From Paludibacter sp. (lineage in GTDB: Bacteria; Bacteroidota; Bacteroidia; Bacteroidales; Paludibacteraceae): 64,000 nucleotides of DNA. Positions 46,846 through 55,253 of the stretch are shown here, piece after piece (positions within the stretch are counted from its first letter, which is position 1; every line of letters starts with the position of its first letter). The notes under the pieces were generated by a model. It did no database searches and was not told the origin of the DNA. It was given only the letters and a program-made list of their open reading frames with translations. Where the stretch lies: positions 294,638 to 358,637 of the forward strand of contig JAFLKK010000001.1 in assembly GCA_019163375.1 (NCBI GenBank). The letters are read 5' to 3'. Both the position numbers and the translations under genes were made by a program.

Positions 46846-49500
46846 CTATTTTGTCATTTTCTCGTATAATTTAAACAAACACGCCAAGCGTTCTTCATCA
46901 TTGTTGAATGGAGCGGACTGATAGCAACCATCCACAGCCAAGTCTAAAGCATGGTGTGCTGCCCGTAAATCAGTCGGCATTTTGTTGGGGTCGTACATTT
47001 CGGCCAATGTTTTCTCAGTGTAATTTTCTCGTGTCAGCAGTACTTCTTCGGCTAAGGCTTCTATAATCTTTTTCTTGTTTAAAGAGATTTCGGGGAAGGG
47101 GAAAGAATTATAACATAAGCTTGTATATCGATAATCCATTTTTAGTTTGCCTCCAATTGTTTTAAGCCATACAATATTCATAGCGGAAGTCATTACACCA
47201 AATAACCATAATGGTGCATCAGAGATTGTATAACATGCATTTGTGACTACTGAATTACTATCAGAATAATCCATAGGTATATATATTCTATTTGAAGACG
47301 AAGTTGAAGGAATTATTAATGTTTTAGAATTGCATGCGTTAAATTCCCGAAACTGGTGAGGTCGTTGTGCTAACTTTCTTGCACCCTCGTCAGAACTTTG
47401 AATACGAATTTGAGCAGTTTTTTCGATTCGTTGTTTAATAAATGGAATTTGCTCTGCATTTTCGCGTTCTTCATCGGAAATCCATAAGCAATAACGAACT
47501 AGCCCATTTATAAAATCAGCAGAACTAAACAATTTTTTTATGTATTTTATTGAATCCGGGAATTGAGTTGTCAAATCGACTCTATCTGTTTCTGACAGCA
47601 AAAGATTGCCACCATCATAAGGCATACACCCTCTTATTATTAATGGAAATTTTGATAAACTATTTGTATGCTTTTTTACAATCAAATTATCACCCACGAT
47701 TAAATATGGATTTATATTGCTTACTTCCATTTTTGATACACCTTCGAAAATTGTACTCTTTTTGTGTTTTTCCTTATTTATTAAGCCAATTATAACACAA
47801 AAGACAGCTGCATTCTGCGTAGCATTATTACTCCACTTAAATGATAAATGAGCAAAGTCAATAAGTATATCTGAATTTAAAATAGGTGTCCATAATGGAT
47901 CTACCATTTCGCCTTGACATACTGAATTTGTACTTACAAAAGCACATTTAGCATTCGAGGATTTTAAATACTCAGACCCTTTAATGAACCAAATTCCAAT
48001 GTAATCAATTTTTTTATAGTTTGCATATTTTCCGATTGCAATGGTTCTATCTCTTTGTTGAAATTCATCAAGCTTTGCACTTCCCAAATACGGCGGATTC
48101 CCCATAACAAAAACCTCTTCTTCCGGAGTATGCGGACATACCTCGTTCCAATCTATGCGACAGGCATTGTCTTCACGAATGTTGTCGATATTTTTGAGTG
48201 GAAGCGCTTCAATCTTTACATCAGAAAATGCTTTTGTGAATAGCGCGTTCATTTGGTGTTCGGCAAGCCACAGTGAGAGCATGGCTATTTCGTGGGCAAA
48301 ACTATCTATCTCAACACCATAGAACTGCTTGATACTGATATTAGTAAAAGGAAAAGCGTGTGAACCGGTGAGTTCGGCAATGCGTTTCCATATACGGATT
48401 TCAAGTTCGCGAAGTTTTTTATATGTAATTATAAGGAAGTTACCGCTGCCACAAGCAGGGTCAAAGAATTTCATTTTGGAAATGCGAATCAACAAGGTGT
48501 TGAGTTGCTTTTCGCTGTTTTCAGCTTTTAAGTATGCCTCATTCAATTCGTTCAGAAAAAGTGGTTGTATAAGTTTTAGGATATTAGGCACGCTGGTGTA
48601 GTGCATCCCGAAATTTCCTCGAAGTTCAGGTGTCACTACCCCTTGAAACATTGAGCCAAAAATATCGGGGTTAATTTCGCCCCAATTAAGTGTACCACAC
48701 TCTAAAATGATTTTTCGAGCTTTGTATCCCAATTGTGGAATGGTAATACGTTGGCTAAACAATCCTCCGTTTACATAAGGAAACTGTTTAATCACGTTAG
48801 GCAAGTCGAGGCGAGCATTGTTATCCATCACATTGAAAATGGTATCTAATGCTTCCGCTAAATCACTACCATCGTCTTGCGTACATTGCTTAATGTAGTT
48901 TGAGAAAATGTCTTTTTCGAAAATTTTGGTATCCTCGGCAAAAAAGCAAAAAAGCAGGCGGGTCATAAATATATTCAAATCGTGCACATCCGATTCGGAC
49001 GAAATTTCGTTCTGTCTGCGGATTTCGTTGTGAAGCTTTGCCATTTTTACTGCTGCTTTTACATCTGCATCAGCTTCTTCTGCAATGAAAAAACGATCAT
49101 TAGCTTCGCCTGCCAACGGATAAAAGAATTGAAAATCGAGCCAGATTTTATCTACCTTGTTTTCATACGATTCTCTTTCTTTGGTATCGTAGGCAAGCAG
49201 TGTTTCGCCATCGCTAACAGCTATTATCCGTGGGTTTTGTTTAGCAATTTTATCATCTTTCTTTAATGCTTCTAATTCTTCAGTAAGTTGGATAGTTGTT
49301 ACTGGTTTGTAGGCAAATTGTTTTTTAACAAGTACGCCATCAAAAGTAGCCAAATTACCTTTGCCAGCTTTGTAACGCTTTATATAGGTGTCGCTTGTAC
49401 CAAATGCCTTCAATAGTTTGTAACCAATTTCTAAGGGGAGAGTTTCTGAACTTAACTTTTTGAGTTCTTTTTCAATGTCAGAGTATTTGATAGAAGCCAT
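46846..49500 (-). CDS. MmeI-family (type IIL-like) N6-adenine DNA methyltransferase
   Basis: 884 aa. MHYTSVPNILKLIQPLF, motif I FFDPACGSGNFLI, motif IV GNPPYLG, and an MmeI-type C-terminus MYDPNKMPTDLRAAHHALDLAVD...ERLACLFKLYEKM. Confidence 0.85.
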   Translation of the reverse strand: MASIKYSDIEKELKKLSSETLPLEIGYKLLKAFGTSDTYIKRYKAGKGNLATFDGVLVKKQFAYKPVTTIQLTEELEALKKDDKIAKQNPRIIAVSDGETLLAYDTKERESYENKVDKIWLDFQFFYPLAGEANDRFFIAEEADADVKAAVKMAKLHNEIRRQNEISSESDVHDLNIFMTRLLFCFFAEDTKIFEKDIFSNYIKQCTQDDGSDLAEALDTIFNVMDNNARLDLPNVIKQFPYVNGGLFSQRITIPQLGYKARKIILECGTLNWGEINPDIFGSMFQGVVTPELRGNFGMHYTSVPNILKLIQPLFLNELNEAYLKAENSEKQLNTLLIRISKMKFFDPACGSGNFLIITYKKLRELEIRIWKRIAELTGSHAFPFTNISIKQFYGVEIDSFAHEIAMLSLWLAEHQMNALFTKAFSDVKIEALPLKNIDNIREDNACRIDWNEVCPHTPEEEVFVMGNPPYLGSAKLDEFQQRDRTIAIGKYANYKKIDYIGIWFIKGSEYLKSSNAKCAFVSTNSVCQGEMVDPLWTPILNSDILIDFAHLSFKWSNNATQNAAVFCVIIGLINKEKHKKSTIFEGVSKMEVSNINPYLIVGDNLIVKKHTNSLSKFPLIIRGCMPYDGGNLLLSETDRVDLTTQFPDSIKYIKKLFSSADFINGLVRYCLWISDEERENAEQIPFIKQRIEKTAQIRIQSSDEGARKLAQRPHQFREFNACNSKTLIIPSTSSSNRIYIPMDYSDSNSVVTNACYTISDAPLWLFGVMTSAMNIVWLKTIGGKLKMDYRYTSLCYNSFPFPEISLNKKKIIEALAEEVLLTRENYTEKTLAEMYDPNKMPTDLRAAHHALDLAVDGCYQSAPFNNDEERLACLFKLYEKMTK

Positions 49501-49538
49501 TTAATAGAATGATTTAATTGATTGGATTTGTCGAATTG

Positions 49539-49546
49539 CAAAAATA
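49539..49546 (-). promoter_or_regulatory. -7 promoter box (CAAAAATA) for the MTase-helicase operon
   Basis: Reverse complement of TATTTTTG, 39 nt upstream of the ATG at 49500. Confidence 0.45.
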
Positions 49547-49586
49547 CTGATTAGTTTTGACAATTAATGACAATGATAGAAAAACA

Positions 49587-50633
49587 TTATACTTCAATTA
49601 GCTCTAATTTATCAATTAGAAATATGAGTGCTGGATTTTCCTCAATCATTGATTGAAGTTCTGGAGTAAAAGTGCTTTGAATCTGCTTTTCACTGGTTTT
49701 AGTTTTCAATTCTTCAATCATATAATCAGCAATATCAAGCCCTTTAGTTCTCTGCTCTTCCGTGGCAATGTCTTCGAGTATCGTTGAGACTTTGATTTCA
49801 CATTCAATAAAGAGTTTGATTTCGTCAGCTTTTATACACCATTTGTCATAACCGCCCAAATCAGGGAATAAAATCACATTCCTATCTTTTAAAACCTTTG
49901 CTTTTTCAACGGATAGTCCGTTGAGTTGGCCAGTTGATAACCAAATGGAATCTGAAATAATTGCACTGGCAATAATGGCTGATTTTTCACTTTCGACAAT
50001 TGCCACTGTATTGTCGGGGTAGAGTTTCAGAAGGTGTTCTCCGAAAAAACATTGCTGAAGGTTATAATCTTCGGGCAATGTGCCTGATTTCTTTAGTTTA
50101 TTATGAACCCAATCAATCGAACCACTTTCGTGTTTAATTCTTCGACCTGTTTCATGGTTGTATTGCATGATTTTGCCTGTGCGGACACTTTTATTTATAT
50201 CTATCTGCCAGAAGATTACTTCTTTGTTTTTGGTAGCTCCTAAGGCGTAGTTTTGATATACTTCTTCTATCTGCTTGTCTGTAAGGAAATCGAATAGAAA
50301 GCGGACGAAATTGCTTTTATAACTTGCTGAACGTTCGACGTAGGAAAATGGGATTGTTCCGGCTGGTGGGGGCGGGGTGATTGTTTTTGGGATAGACCCC
50401 ACCCAACCTCCCCCAAGGGGAGGAGTAAGAGACGGATTATCAATGAAAAATTGTTTCGGTGTGTAATGATACCCGCATTTAGATTCCCGGTTGCATTTGC
50501 CAACTTTTGAATTTATTGGTTGGTTGGTGTTGGCATCAATGTAAAGCGTGAAGCTTTCTTTCATACCACATTCCGGACAGGTGTGGCGTGTGGTTTTACC
50601 TTTGTATTTTTCGAGGTATGGAGTTGCGTACAT
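49587..50633 (-). CDS. primase-like protein (N-terminal zinc finger + Toprim-like domain)
   Basis: 348 aa. HTCPECG...GKCNRESKCGYHYTPKQFF zinc ribbon, with IVESEKSAIIA and LFPDLGG consistent with Toprim acidic motifs. Confidence 0.6.
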   Translation of the reverse strand: MYATPYLEKYKGKTTRHTCPECGMKESFTLYIDANTNQPINSKVGKCNRESKCGYHYTPKQFFIDNPSLTPPLGGGWVGSIPKTITPPPPAGTIPFSYVERSASYKSNFVRFLFDFLTDKQIEEVYQNYALGATKNKEVIFWQIDINKSVRTGKIMQYNHETGRRIKHESGSIDWVHNKLKKSGTLPEDYNLQQCFFGEHLLKLYPDNTVAIVESEKSAIIASAIISDSIWLSTGQLNGLSVEKAKVLKDRNVILFPDLGGYDKWCIKADEIKLFIECEIKVSTILEDIATEEQRTKGLDIADYMIEELKTKTSEKQIQSTFTPELQSMIEENPALIFLIDKLELIEV

Positions 50634-50673
50634 AATTTAATCAACAATTAATAATTAGTAATGCATGTGCATA

Positions 50674-50833
50674 GTGAATAATGAATAATGAATAATGGAG
50701 CAAAGTATTGAATAATAATACAATGTGTTGAATTTGATTATTCATAGTACTTTTAGTGATAAAATAGAGTGAATAATGATACGTGTATTAACTGGCTAAA
50801 TTGCAGGTTGATAAGGCAATATTCATTATTCAC
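50674..50833. repeat. iteron cluster (GTGAATAATGA / GAATAAT) between the primase-like and DUF3987 genes
   Basis: GAATAAT x3 in tandem at 50676-50696; single direct copies at 50710 and 50771; inverted copies at 50737-50743 and 50821-50833. Confidence 0.7.
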
Positions 50834-50848
50834 TATTCAACAACTATC

Positions 50849-52213
50849 TTATTTTAATCTACTTATTGTGGATTGTGATAGGCCAGTTAAGCGAGCTGCT
50901 TTCAATTGAGTTTCTCCTTTTTCTAAAAGAAATTTTGCAACCTTTTTCATGTCCAAAGCATTATTTTCACTACTTTCAAGCTTTTCCAGTACCATGTACA
51001 TGGTGTTTTCGAAATATTTACAAAGTTTAGCCGCATTTTCGGCAGCTTTTATACTTATCATACTTGTATTGTTACCTTCCATTATTTCCAGTATTAAAGC
51101 AAACCGAAGGTAATGAACATCAAATTTGTTCAGTTCTTCACTTAGCAAACTGTCTCCGGCTGCATTTACTTTATTGGCGTTTTCTGCTTGCCATTTATAG
51201 AAAAATGCTCTTGCCTCAGGTGTAAAAGTGTACACTTTTGACATGGGCTGACCATCAGGGAATACACGGCCAGGATTATTCTCAATATATGCTCTAATCC
51301 ATCTGTTATAATCTTCAAGAATAGCATTGTTTAACTCATTCTCAGTAATAATTTGCTTTTCTGATTTTGCGGGATATGCCCACAAGAACCGCTGCAAAAA
51401 TCCACTGTCTGATTTGTCCATAGGAAACATTTTCTTTAGTTTACGAGGCTGAGAAGTGCCAATAATACAAAGAAATGGTCGCTCAATTGTCATTGGCTTT
51501 TGGTGTTGACCTACTCTGTCAATATCAGTTCTTTTGACGCTCCACATACTTAAATAAGTACTACTCTGGTCGGCTTTTGAATAGTTGTTCATACCCAATA
51601 GCCATGTTTCAAGCTCCTCGCTTATAACGCAAACTGACCTCTTATTGTCGGCAATTCTTTTTGCAAGAATCTCAGGTGTGAAGTTCGACATCAAGGTTTT
51701 GGTGAGTATTGGTTCTTCGACGGCAATAATATTTTTCTTTTCTTTTTTTGTCAAAGATTGATACTCAATAAACTCCGTGTATAATGGCTCGTAATTGTTG
51801 TAATTTTCCTTGTCGATAGTTTTTAGGATATCAAATAACATATCTAAAGGGTGTGATTTGGAAGCTCCTGCATTGCCGATCAAACTCATGTACAATGGAC
51901 AAAATTCTTTCCAACCATTCTTGACTTGCAATAAAGCCGTTTTTCCAATAGCAGTTGCAACGGCTGCAAGAATTGTAGCCGCTGAATAGTCAACTGGAAA
52001 GTTTAAGGTGTCCCTTGTTTCCATAATGATATTACGGAAAACAGGTGAGAAGACTTCAATAGGAAAAGGGTTATCTTTTGCTTCGGATTGCTTTGAATTG
52101 GATTGAATATCTGATTTCAACAAATTGATAAAATCAGTATTTTTGTTTTGCATTATTTCGTTAGCCCCTTCTGACTCTGGCAAGTCCGAGGGGGTTTGTT
52201 TTTCGTCTATCAT
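50849..52213 (-). CDS. DUF3987-type P-loop protein (replicative helicase/primase-associated) with a C-terminal HTH
   Basis: 454 aa. LIGNAGASKSHPLDML P-loop-like motif and a C-terminal ARLTGLSQSTISRLK. This gene type commonly accompanies integrases in Bacteroidota integrative elements. Confidence 0.65.
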   Translation of the reverse strand: MIDEKQTPSDLPESEGANEIMQNKNTDFINLLKSDIQSNSKQSEAKDNPFPIEVFSPVFRNIIMETRDTLNFPVDYSAATILAAVATAIGKTALLQVKNGWKEFCPLYMSLIGNAGASKSHPLDMLFDILKTIDKENYNNYEPLYTEFIEYQSLTKKEKKNIIAVEEPILTKTLMSNFTPEILAKRIADNKRSVCVISEELETWLLGMNNYSKADQSSTYLSMWSVKRTDIDRVGQHQKPMTIERPFLCIIGTSQPRKLKKMFPMDKSDSGFLQRFLWAYPAKSEKQIITENELNNAILEDYNRWIRAYIENNPGRVFPDGQPMSKVYTFTPEARAFFYKWQAENANKVNAAGDSLLSEELNKFDVHYLRFALILEIMEGNNTSMISIKAAENAAKLCKYFENTMYMVLEKLESSENNALDMKKVAKFLLEKGETQLKAARLTGLSQSTISRLK

Positions 52214-52578
52214 CTTTTGTTTCCTCCTTTTGCTTTTGCTTTGTGATAGTTGTCGTTTAGAAGTTTTTCAATATCACTTTTACGATAGTATATTTTGCCC
52301 GCAATTTGACTGTAGCCAATTTTTTCTTCGTCTCTCCAAACTTGTGCTGTGCGTGTGCTAATTTCCATTAGCTCCATAAATTTGGTGTTTGGAACAAAAG
52401 GATCATCCATTTTCAAATCTGCTTCTTTCAATGTGTTGGTAATTTCTTCCAACTGCTTGAATGCTTTGTCGAAATTGGTAGTGAGAACCTTGATTGATTC
52501 TTTTCTTTCTTCATCTTCGTCGAACTTTTTATAAAGGTCAGCAACGAGTTTGTCTAAGTATGTTTTGTAGTCCATCAT
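52210..52578 (-). CDS. helix-turn-helix (excisionase/MerR-like) DNA-binding protein
   Basis: 122 aa. ELMEISTRTAQVWRDEEKIGYSQIAGKIYYRKSDIEKLL. 4-nt overlaps on both sides. Confidence 0.65.
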   Translation of the reverse strand: MMDYKTYLDKLVADLYKKFDEDEERKESIKVLTTNFDKAFKQLEEITNTLKEADLKMDDPFVPNTKFMELMEISTRTAQVWRDEEKIGYSQIAGKIYYRKSDIEKLLNDNYHKAKAKGGNKR

Positions 52579-52949
52579 CGTTTCCTCCCATTCGTTAAGC
52601 TATTTTCTTTTTCTTCGATAAACTCTTCGACGGTTTGAATCCGATTGGATAAAAGCCAGGCTTCTATTTCCTCTCTTTTGAAAATTACCCGAGCATTTTT
52701 CTTGTAAAATGGAATTGCCTTCTCGCATATCATTTTATTGATTGTGTTTACAGCATAGCCGGAAAGTTGACTACATTCTTTTTTGCCAAATGTTTCGGGA
52801 AAAGAATTTTCTTTTGATTGAATAATTGGCTGCGGTTGAATCATTGATCCAACTAGCTCTTTGAACTGACCAATTGTTAGGGCAGCTAAAGGAGTGTCGT
52901 TTGTAGGTTGGAATTTTGTTTCCATGATTAATGTGTTTTTTTGTAACAT
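52575..52949 (-). CDS. helix-turn-helix (excisionase-family) DNA-binding protein
   Basis: 124 aa. KKECSQLSGYAVNTINKMICEKAIPFYKKNARVIFKREEIEAWLL. Confidence 0.65.
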   Translation of the reverse strand: MLQKNTLIMETKFQPTNDTPLAALTIGQFKELVGSMIQPQPIIQSKENSFPETFGKKECSQLSGYAVNTINKMICEKAIPFYKKNARVIFKREEIEAWLLSNRIQTVEEFIEEKENSLTNGRKR

Positions 52950-52990
52950 GCTTCAAAATAGCCGGCCGGTTTATCTTGAATTGCATGATG

Positions 52991-52998
52991 CAAAATTA
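52991..52998 (-). promoter_or_regulatory. -7 promoter box (CAAAATTA) for the HTH/replication operon
   Basis: Reverse complement of TAATTTTG, 42 nt upstream of the ATG at 52949. Confidence 0.4.
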
Positions 52999-53035
52999 CA
53001 ATTTAATTATGACTCAAGTTCTTGATTATCAAACT

Positions 53036-53060
53036 AAAAACCGACACCAGAGCCTGTCGG
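53036..53060 (-). terminator. putative terminator after the 695-aa gene
   Basis: CCGACA-8 nt-TGTCGG hairpin, followed on the - strand by TTTTT. Confidence 0.5.
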
Positions 53061-53141
53061 CTGATGTCGGTTCGTGTCGGTTAAGGAGTTGTAAAGTGTA
53101 GAGAGTCAATTAAATGACAGGACAAATAATATGTCGGAAAG

Positions 53142-55229
53142 TTATTTCAACAAATCATCGATTTCTTTGAATGTAAGTTGATATTTGTCCTTACTATATA
53201 TGTCAATGTTAAAAATTTTGCGTGCTTTTGAATAATCAATACTATGATCCATTGAAATCTTCTCAATAAAATAGCTCAATGCCCTTTTAATACCACCTTT
53301 AAATACCCATTTTATCTGTTTGGGATTGTTGAGAGGAATGCCGCCAAACCAATATAACCACGTATTTAAATCGCATTTCAATAATTTATTTAACTTTGCA
53401 TGAGCTGTTTTCAATTCATCAGTGGTTTTCCAGATTGTCTGAATTGTTGGCGTGTAACTTTCTGATTCATTATTTTCTGTTGTTTCGGTGATTTTTGCAT
53501 ACTCATCTTCAGCAAATTCTGAGAAGTGCAATAGATCATCAATGTTACATCTGAATTCAGCAAGAGGGATTTTTTCTAAGATTAATTTATATCTTTCGAA
53601 TAATGTGTAGTTTTCTGGAATATTGTGTTTTAGTCTATACATTTGAGGTGTGCTGCCATCCCAATCGGTAATAGTTTCAATTGAAAATTCATCCCAGTTG
53701 TTGATAAAATTAAAATAATATTCACATGTAGGAATAGGAAAACCGTAATACCCTGTTTCGCAGTCGTATGGCTTTGATTCTGTACCATCTTGATAGATTT
53801 TAGGTAAATGAAAAGTCATTGAATATGCATAATCTCGAATGTCTGCAATAAGATGTTTAAAGCTTGTCTTGTCAAAATCATCAGTGTTGTGTTTAATGAA
53901 CTGATACATGATATGTTCTGTGACCTTCTCTTCTCTGGTATTGTTATAGTAATCAGTTTCTTCCAGTCCTGTTTTTGGAGGATATAAAGCATCGCAAAAT
54001 TGGTGAGTTGTCAGTTCGAGATATTTTTTATTCGTAAAAATATCATTTTTTGTGTGTGGAACTCTGATAGTCTGTGATTGTTCAACAACATAGTTATCGG
54101 AGTTGAAGTTTTCTGATTCAGTTCGGAGTCTATACTGTTTCTCTGCTATTTCTGAAAAATATAACAAATCTGTGAGTCCAGCTCTAAATTTTGCTTCGGG
54201 AATGTGATTTTTTAGTGTTCTGATTTTTTCTCTTAATGTTTCCTGTTCGTCAACTTCAGACTCGATATTGAAAATTATTGATAGTGTAATTGGGTCTGTG
54301 TCGTAGTACTTGTATTTGTTTTCCTCGAAACTGTCATTTTCATTATCATCATTTTTTTTGATAATTTCGTTTTCGGGTCTCGGAATTAAAATCTGTATTT
54401 TATGAGCAAAATTTCGGATTTCGGACAATAAGTATTCGAAGTCGGGTTTGTTGTAATTCTTAGTGACAGATTTTATATACTTCTCCATTTGTGAAGGTGT
54501 AACATCATCATCATACGAACGTCGGCCGTGAAGTTTGTATAACATGCTGCAAAACTCAGCGGGTGTTGCATTGTAGTTTATTTCATCATTGATTTGTGCT
54601 TGTTTGGGTTGTTTTATAATAGGTTTTTCTTGTAGTACTGAATTGGTAGTATGATTTTCTTCAAGCTTTAATTGAATGATATTGTTGGGAGTTGTTTTGG
54701 AAGACTCTATGATACGAGCATATTCTTTCTCTGCTAAATCTGAAAATTTTAAAAGGCTATCTAAGTCGTGCAGGAATAACGCACTTGGAAGTGCTTTGTG
54801 GAATAATTCAACCTTTTGCCTTAATGTTTGTTTATCTGTGAATTTTAATTTACATTTAAAATCGAAAATGCAGATTAAACTGGATATACCATATTCGAAA
54901 ATTGAGATAATATCGTTAAAATTATGTTTTAGATAGTATTTGTGGCTTTCTCTTAATTCTTTGTTTTCAGTGCTTTGAAGACCAGTGGCTTGGTCAATTT
55001 CAATCTCAGGGCAAGCTGCTGGGTTTATAGTGTTAAATTCAATATTGATATGAAAATTCCTAATATCTTGGATAAGGTATTCGAAAGATTTTAAATCAAA
55101 ATTATTTGACTTTTCTTCGATAAACTGATACATGTCAACCAAGGGAATTTGAGTTCTGTCAGATGGAACTTCAAATAAGCTATAAACCTTTTCACAAAAT
55201 TGATAAATTGAATAGTCGCTAAACTTCAT
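53142..55229 (-). CDS. hypothetical protein built from three ~200-aa internal repeats plus a C-terminal domain
   Basis: 695 aa. Each repeat has FC..LY, then DF.K.SF(E/K).LI.DIR(N/D)(F/Y), then L.DLL.FSE.AE.EY. Confidence 0.65.
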   Translation of the reverse strand: MKFSDYSIYQFCEKVYSLFEVPSDRTQIPLVDMYQFIEEKSNNFDLKSFEYLIQDIRNFHINIEFNTINPAACPEIEIDQATGLQSTENKELRESHKYYLKHNFNDIISIFEYGISSLICIFDFKCKLKFTDKQTLRQKVELFHKALPSALFLHDLDSLLKFSDLAEKEYARIIESSKTTPNNIIQLKLEENHTTNSVLQEKPIIKQPKQAQINDEINYNATPAEFCSMLYKLHGRRSYDDDVTPSQMEKYIKSVTKNYNKPDFEYLLSEIRNFAHKIQILIPRPENEIIKKNDDNENDSFEENKYKYYDTDPITLSIIFNIESEVDEQETLREKIRTLKNHIPEAKFRAGLTDLLYFSEIAEKQYRLRTESENFNSDNYVVEQSQTIRVPHTKNDIFTNKKYLELTTHQFCDALYPPKTGLEETDYYNNTREEKVTEHIMYQFIKHNTDDFDKTSFKHLIADIRDYAYSMTFHLPKIYQDGTESKPYDCETGYYGFPIPTCEYYFNFINNWDEFSIETITDWDGSTPQMYRLKHNIPENYTLFERYKLILEKIPLAEFRCNIDDLLHFSEFAEDEYAKITETTENNESESYTPTIQTIWKTTDELKTAHAKLNKLLKCDLNTWLYWFGGIPLNNPKQIKWVFKGGIKRALSYFIEKISMDHSIDYSKARKIFNIDIYSKDKYQLTFKEIDDLLK

Positions 55230-55253
55230 AGTTAGAATGTAATATTATTGTGA

